This document shows positions 59,969 through 64,000 of a DNA stretch of 64,000 nucleotides, piece after piece. Under the pieces are notes generated by a model. That model was not told where the DNA came from. It ran no database searches and worked only from the letters and a program-made list of their open reading frames with translations. Positions within the stretch are counted from its first letter, which is position 1. Each line of letters begins with the position of its first letter. The position numbers and the translations under genes were made by a program. The stretch covers positions 224,001 through 288,000 of the forward strand of contig CBDCFW010000003.1 of assembly GCA_965216465.1 (NCBI GenBank). The letters are read 5' to 3'. This stretch comes from Bacteroidia bacterium (lineage in GTDB: Bacteria > Bacteroidota > Bacteroidia > NS11-12g > UBA9320).

Positions 59969-60871
59969 ATGATTATTTGGAAATTACTATTATGGTTGAT
60001 GGAGGCTAGCTCTGAGATTGTGGGAATACTAGGGCAAATGACAAGTGTTGTTTTTTCAACTCTGCTTACTCTTTTTATTGTTTGGTTAAGACAGTTCTAT
60101 GTAAAAAGATATGATGCTCAGAAAGTGGCAAAGGAATTGGAAGAGAAAAGAAGGTACTACTTAAAAATGGCTCGACTAGGTGCCGAAAGTTTAAAGAAAT
60201 ACTCAAAGATTCTTAAAGATAATAGAAACCTGTTCAAACGAATGGCTAGTGGTAAACTTGGAGTGTTTAATACTATGCAAATAAGTGCAATAATTGAATT
60301 AGAAAAAATGGATTTATTGAGATACAATAAGGCATTTAATGTTGTTAATGAAGGTCGAAAAGTTGAAGTTGAAGAGTGTCAAATAAACATTGCCAATCAT
60401 GCCAGATTTATTATTGCGATACATGAAAGATATTTAGAAGAGGTAAAAGAATTTATAAGTGCTTACAACGAACATAGAAAGGAACATGACGAAGAAATTA
60501 GAAGGATGATTGGTTTGGATGAGAATGTTAGAGTCAAAATACAAAAGATGTCACCGACGCGAGAAGAACAACGGTATTTTATGGAAGTTCACGGCATTAT
60601 AGATGAGTATATGAAGGTAGATGAGGAGGTTAGAATTTACAGCTCACAAGAATTATTAGTAAAACCATTATCAGAAGCTTGTATGAAGTATTATTCTTTG
60701 TCTTGGGCATCAGATATGCAAAAGGCAATTGGAAAAAGTAGAGATGCTGATGCCCAAATATTAACCGTGGTCAAAGCTGCTAGTACACAGTCTAAAATAT
60801 ATGCGGATAATGCTACAAATGCTGCTAAGAAGGTAGAAGAAAATATTAAGTTGCTTGAGAGTTTGTTGTAA
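59969..60871 (+). CDS. TM-anchored helical hypothetical protein
   Basis: N-terminal TM; TATATTTG box 4 nt before ATG. Confidence 0.75.
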   Translation: MIIWKLLLWLMEASSEIVGILGQMTSVVFSTLLTLFIVWLRQFYVKRYDAQKVAKELEEKRRYYLKMARLGAESLKKYSKILKDNRNLFKRMASGKLGVFNTMQISAIIELEKMDLLRYNKAFNVVNEGRKVEVEECQINIANHARFIIAIHERYLEEVKEFISAYNEHRKEHDEEIRRMIGLDENVRVKIQKMSPTREEQRYFMEVHGIIDEYMKVDEEVRIYSSQELLVKPLSEACMKYYSLSWASDMQKAIGKSRDADAQILTVVKAASTQSKIYADNATNAAKKVEENIKLLESLL

Positions 60872-60922
60872 TTGGTTAATATTGGCCACATAACAGATCA
60901 AAGATTTAATATCAATAGAACT

Positions 60923-60950
60923 TGTGCCTATAATTTATAGTATGTTCCTA
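60923..60950 (+). other. dif-like XerC/D site, candidate left attachment site
   Basis: TGTGCCTATAA-TTTATA-GTATGTTCCTA versus E. coli dif GGTGCGCATAA-TGTATA-TTATGTTAAAT; 58 bp before rep. Confidence 0.5.
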
Positions 60951-61008
60951 GTCTTTATAAACCTCTGAATATGAAAACTTTAGGTTAATTCTCGAAAGAG
61001 TAGGCCTG

Positions 61009-62202
61009 TTGATAAAAAAAGAAACTTTACTTGATCATACATACCTTGAAGAGAACACTTTAAAAGTCGCATCAATCGACAGTTTAAAGTTGAGAATCCC
61101 TTTCGAAGAGGTAAAGTTAATAAAAACTGACTTAGACGACAATTGGAAATATCTAAACGACTCCACCGGAGAGATTGACGAGAAGGAATATTTAAAACGA
61201 GCTTACTGGTCAAGAGCCAAAGGAATAGCCACTAAATATGCAGTAGAACACCAAACAATAGAAGGTGGCCACATCAGAAAATACTTGGTAATCCTGGTAA
61301 GTTCTAAAGTTCTCAAAGAACTTTATTTCTATGGCATCAGCAAGAAAACAATCTTCCATCTTTTAAAGGAGATCAATAATCAAAATGTTGTAAATCTTGA
61401 AATGTATCAGCTCCTTCAGGCTGAATGCGTAGATATTGATTTCAAAGTAGATTATGAAATGACAATCCATGAGTTTGAAGGATTAATTGAATTGTCTAAA
61501 CACATGACCATCCCAAAGCAACGCCTTAAAACAGGATATCAAGTTTTCTTGGGAAAAGGTAATAAAGGTATTGCTTGGGGAACACGTCAAACACAATCTC
61601 CAAAAACAAATCCATTCTGGAAACACTACCACAAAGGATTAGAGCTAAAAGAAAAATCCTATGAATTCACTGACGAATACCTAACAGACCAGGTATTTGA
61701 AAACAGATGCCGGACCGAGTTTACCATCAAAAACCGCCAACACTTAAACGCAGTATTCGGAAGTCCGCAAAGTGATTTAAACTATTTGATCAATCTTCCT
61801 CAAGATAAGCTGTTTGCAGCCTTAAATATGTGCATCGATGCACACTTATATCGTCCTGACGGATACAAACCTATTGAAGAACGGACCTATAAAAACCCTG
61901 CTGACACCATCATAAGCAATTTAATCCAGGTAGCAATCATGTCCAAGTTTTCTGAAACACACATCATAGAAATAGCCTTAAATGGAATAACGGACAAACA
62001 TCGAAGAACCAGGCAGAAGAAAAGAGTGCGATTCTTGATCAGGCAACTGGTACATCAGCATCCATCCACACAAAATCAATTGGCCAAGAATAAAGCGGGC
62101 CACGAGTTATATAAATGGCTAACAGACGAAGGTAAGGATAACAGAAGTGTCTCAACGGAGTTAACCCAACAATTACTTTTCTATAAAACGATGTATGACT
62201 AG
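61009..62202 (+). CDS. Rolling-circle replication initiator, Rep_trans/phage CRI-like
   Basis: SIDSLKLRIP; DIDFKVD; WGTR; K.Y.K..E; R.EFTIK in the family order. Confidence 0.7.
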   Translation: MIKKETLLDHTYLEENTLKVASIDSLKLRIPFEEVKLIKTDLDDNWKYLNDSTGEIDEKEYLKRAYWSRAKGIATKYAVEHQTIEGGHIRKYLVILVSSKVLKELYFYGISKKTIFHLLKEINNQNVVNLEMYQLLQAECVDIDFKVDYEMTIHEFEGLIELSKHMTIPKQRLKTGYQVFLGKGNKGIAWGTRQTQSPKTNPFWKHYHKGLELKEKSYEFTDEYLTDQVFENRCRTEFTIKNRQHLNAVFGSPQSDLNYLINLPQDKLFAALNMCIDAHLYRPDGYKPIEERTYKNPADTIISNLIQVAIMSKFSETHIIEIALNGITDKHRRTRQKKRVRFLIRQLVHQHPSTQNQLAKNKAGHELYKWLTDEGKDNRSVSTELTQQLLFYKTMYD

Positions 62203-62359
62203 ACTTGAAAAACTAAAGGCCAAAAGAGCAACTCTCCAGGACTACATAAAAAAGACTGGAAGCACTCAATTTGCAGAAAGGTTATCCAACCTAAATAAGG
62301 CAATATTTTGTCTTGAATGGCTTGAAAACAACCAAAAAATAATTGATGAGCTGATTTAG
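62195..62359 (+). CDS. 54-aa hypothetical protein (not in ORF track)
   Basis: MTRLEKLKAKRATLQDYIKK...DELI; overlaps rep stop by 8 nt. Confidence 0.55.
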   Translation: MTRLEKLKAKRATLQDYIKKTGSTQFAERLSNLNKAIFCLEWLENNQKIIDELI

Positions 62360-62364
62360 GCTCC

Positions 62365-62446
62365 AGGGTCATTTCTAGATAATGACCCTAAGTTGCGTTG
62401 GACCGCAACCACGATGCAAAGCGAGTGGGCGTCCAACCACTTAGGG
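62365..62446. other. Hairpin-rich non-coding segment, candidate replication origin
   Basis: AGGGTCATT/AATGACCCT, CCCTAAGT/ACTTAGGG, GTTGGAC/GTCCAAC and GTTGCG/CGCAAC inverted repeats. Confidence 0.45.
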
Positions 62447-62585
62447 CTAAATCATCCTATACATCTATAATAAACTCAATACTAGTGTGTTACGCTGAAA
62501 TATTACTCAAACCTTCAAAAAAGCCTTGAAGTACATATATGTAATAGCAGATTACATAAGAATTTATTAATAACACATAGCAATT

Positions 62586-63317
62586 ATGGCCGAAATTTTA
62601 AATACCACGGGAGTGGTATCAGCAAAAGCAAAAATCGCAACTTCAGTTATAAAACTGGGTATGACGATTGAAGACCAAACTGCAGGTTTGGCAAAGGCAG
62701 ACTTGGAAAACATTCTAGTAAAAATCATTGATGCAGGAAATGGTTCAAATCCTGTAATCCACAGCGTGGATTTATGGACCTTACTGGAAGAAAGTGCTGA
62801 GACTGTAGGAGTGTTCATGTTGGCAGCTAACAAATTGACTGGAAGTGTTGACCTTGTAGTGGATGAAATGCCATTTAACGCAAGAGAAATTAACTTCCTT
62901 GAAGTTCAATTATCAGGATTGGTTGCAACGCAAACCGTAAAACTTTATGCTATCGATGGATGGGGTAATGATGGAGCATTAAGAAACTTACAGCTCAAAT
63001 CAATTGTAGGAAGTGCAATGAATGACATTAGTTTAATGGGAGTTAAACGCATGATTATTCCAATTTCTAAGATTGACTCTGTAACACTTGATTATCCAGC
63101 TTTAGGCAATCTAAAAGCAAAATCAGTAACCTACACAGAAGAGGAGCTTGAAATCTTACAGCTTGAAGACCCTGGTATTGTTTACCTAAAAGGTAAATCA
63201 GCAACACCACAGTATCTGGTAGAAAACAATTGGATTCTAGCCTGTAACAATGCAGTTAGAGCCAAAGTACAACCTAAAGCTGCTGCGGGAGACTTCAACA
63301 TCCTACTGGACAAGTAA
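62586..63317 (+). CDS. Candidate major capsid protein (beta-rich, possible small double jelly-roll)
   Basis: 243 aa; no signal peptide or TM; alternating hydrophobic beta pattern; first gene of the structural-looking block; fold is inference only. Confidence 0.5.
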   Translation: MAEILNTTGVVSAKAKIATSVIKLGMTIEDQTAGLAKADLENILVKIIDAGNGSNPVIHSVDLWTLLEESAETVGVFMLAANKLTGSVDLVVDEMPFNAREINFLEVQLSGLVATQTVKLYAIDGWGNDGALRNLQLKSIVGSAMNDISLMGVKRMIIPISKIDSVTLDYPALGNLKAKSVTYTEEELEILQLEDPGIVYLKGKSATPQYLVENNWILACNNAVRAKVQPKAAAGDFNILLDK

Positions 63318-63412
63318 TGGCACTCAAATTCATTTACAAAACCAAAGCACAGCGGCGTAAGATTTTACGCAACATTGCTTTAAGCAAGAAGAAAGGAAAT
63401 GGGAAAGGGTAG
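63317..63412 (+). CDS. 31-aa highly basic peptide (not in ORF track)
   Basis: MALKFIYKTKAQRRKILRNIALSKKKGNGKG; TAATG coupling to upstream gene. Confidence 0.5.
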   Translation: MALKFIYKTKAQRRKILRNIALSKKKGNGKG

Positions 63413-63803
63413 ATTAAAAAAATGGTTCAAGGAAAAAGGAGCTAAGAAGATTTTAGGTGGCCTGGAGAAATTCGGGACACTTATTCCTGGAGTGGGTGGA
63501 ATTGTTTCTACTGGAGCTGCTCAATTAAAAGAGCGCTTAGGCGACAAGGAAGCACAAAAAGCAATGGCAGCAACGTACGCAGGTGCGGTTGCTGAATCAG
63601 TGGACAACGCTCAAGGAATAGTATCTAGACAAGGCTCATTTGAAGAACAAGTTGAGATGGAAGCAAAAAAGCAGAGAATCAAAAGAATTTTAGGACAAGT
63701 AGGTATGGTGTTAGCGGGGCTAACTGTCGTACTTATTCCAATTATTCTAATTGTTAGATCACGCAAACGAAAAGGTTTTGCACGTAAAAAAAGAAGAAGA
63801 TAA
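63399..63803 (+). CDS. Putative virion membrane protein
   Basis: Basic N-terminus; IPGVGGIV amphipathic segment; C-terminal TM then RSRKRKGFARKKRRR. Confidence 0.6.
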   Translation: MGKGRLKKWFKEKGAKKILGGLEKFGTLIPGVGGIVSTGAAQLKERLGDKEAQKAMAATYAGAVAESVDNAQGIVSRQGSFEEQVEMEAKKQRIKRILGQVGMVLAGLTVVLIPIILIVRSRKRKGFARKKRRR

Positions 63804-63805
63804 TC

Positions 63806-64000
63806 ATGTTGAAATTAGACGGAAAAAACAACGGAACACTGTGGCTTGAAGAGAAAGACCGCAAGGTGTTCAAAGGAGACAGAAAAGGAGAAACTTACCA
63901 GTGCTTTGAAGGCACAATCGACACTGGAGGCGGTAAAATGATTACAATAAAAATGTATTCAAACACCGATCCAGTAGATAAAGACGGTAAGACATTACTG
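63806..64000 (+). CDS. Partial ORF, possibly ssDNA-binding protein (3' truncated)
   Basis: MLKLDGKNNGTLWLEEKDRKVFKGDRKGETYQCFEGTID... open to window end; starts 2 nt after previous stop. Confidence 0.55.
   Translation, partial: MLKLDGKNNGTLWLEEKDRKVFKGDRKGETYQCFEGTIDTGGGKMITIKMYSNTDPVDKDGKTLL

Larger units (their letters stand above)
60923..64000 (+). mobile_element. Integrated rolling-circle element, probable ssDNA prophage (continues past window end)
   Basis: dif-like site, Rep_trans-like gene, hairpin-rich spacer, tightly packed co-oriented small genes, strand composition change near 60950. Confidence 0.7.

Noticed and set aside
61009-64000. Microviridae or inovirus assignment for the prophage
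   Set aside because: Rep shows no HUH motifs, and no large VP1-type capsid protein, Zot ATPase or tiny TM coat protein is seen; the element is truncated, so this is provisional

Overview
AT-rich chromosomal segment of a Bacteroidota bacterium, judged from many T9SS C-terminal sorting domains, TAnnTTTG -7 promoter boxes and no Shine-Dalgarno motifs. The 1-19 kb part is mostly secreted T9SS cargo and lipoproteins. The 19-54 kb part is largely core genes: fadD, trxA, alkB, two-component genes, serC/serA, an M36 peptidase, etfAB, trkAH, tRNA-Arg(TCG) and tRNA-Ser(TGA). The 54.4-64 kb part is accessory. Main observations: (1) an apparently integrase-less prophage-like element starts at a dif-like site (60923) and runs off the window; it encodes a Rep_trans-type rolling-circle initiator, a structured origin-like spacer, a 243-aa candidate capsid protein, a basic micropeptide and a membrane protein, consistent with an ssDNA, possibly membrane-containing, phage. 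(2) An uncharacterised three-gene secreted cassette (one 10-Cys protein plus two T9SS paralogs) occurs twice, each copy with the same 24-bp upstream motif at identical spacing. (3) Two divergently transcribed putative sRNAs at 57.65-58.02 kb are complementary to each other, and further GGTTAG-motif RNAs lie at 54.4-54.65 kb. (4) A five-unit mosaic array of structured 100-125 bp repeats abuts the tRNA-Ser terminator. (5) Many promoters have a leaderless layout. All family calls come from motif recognition by eye; no searches were run.
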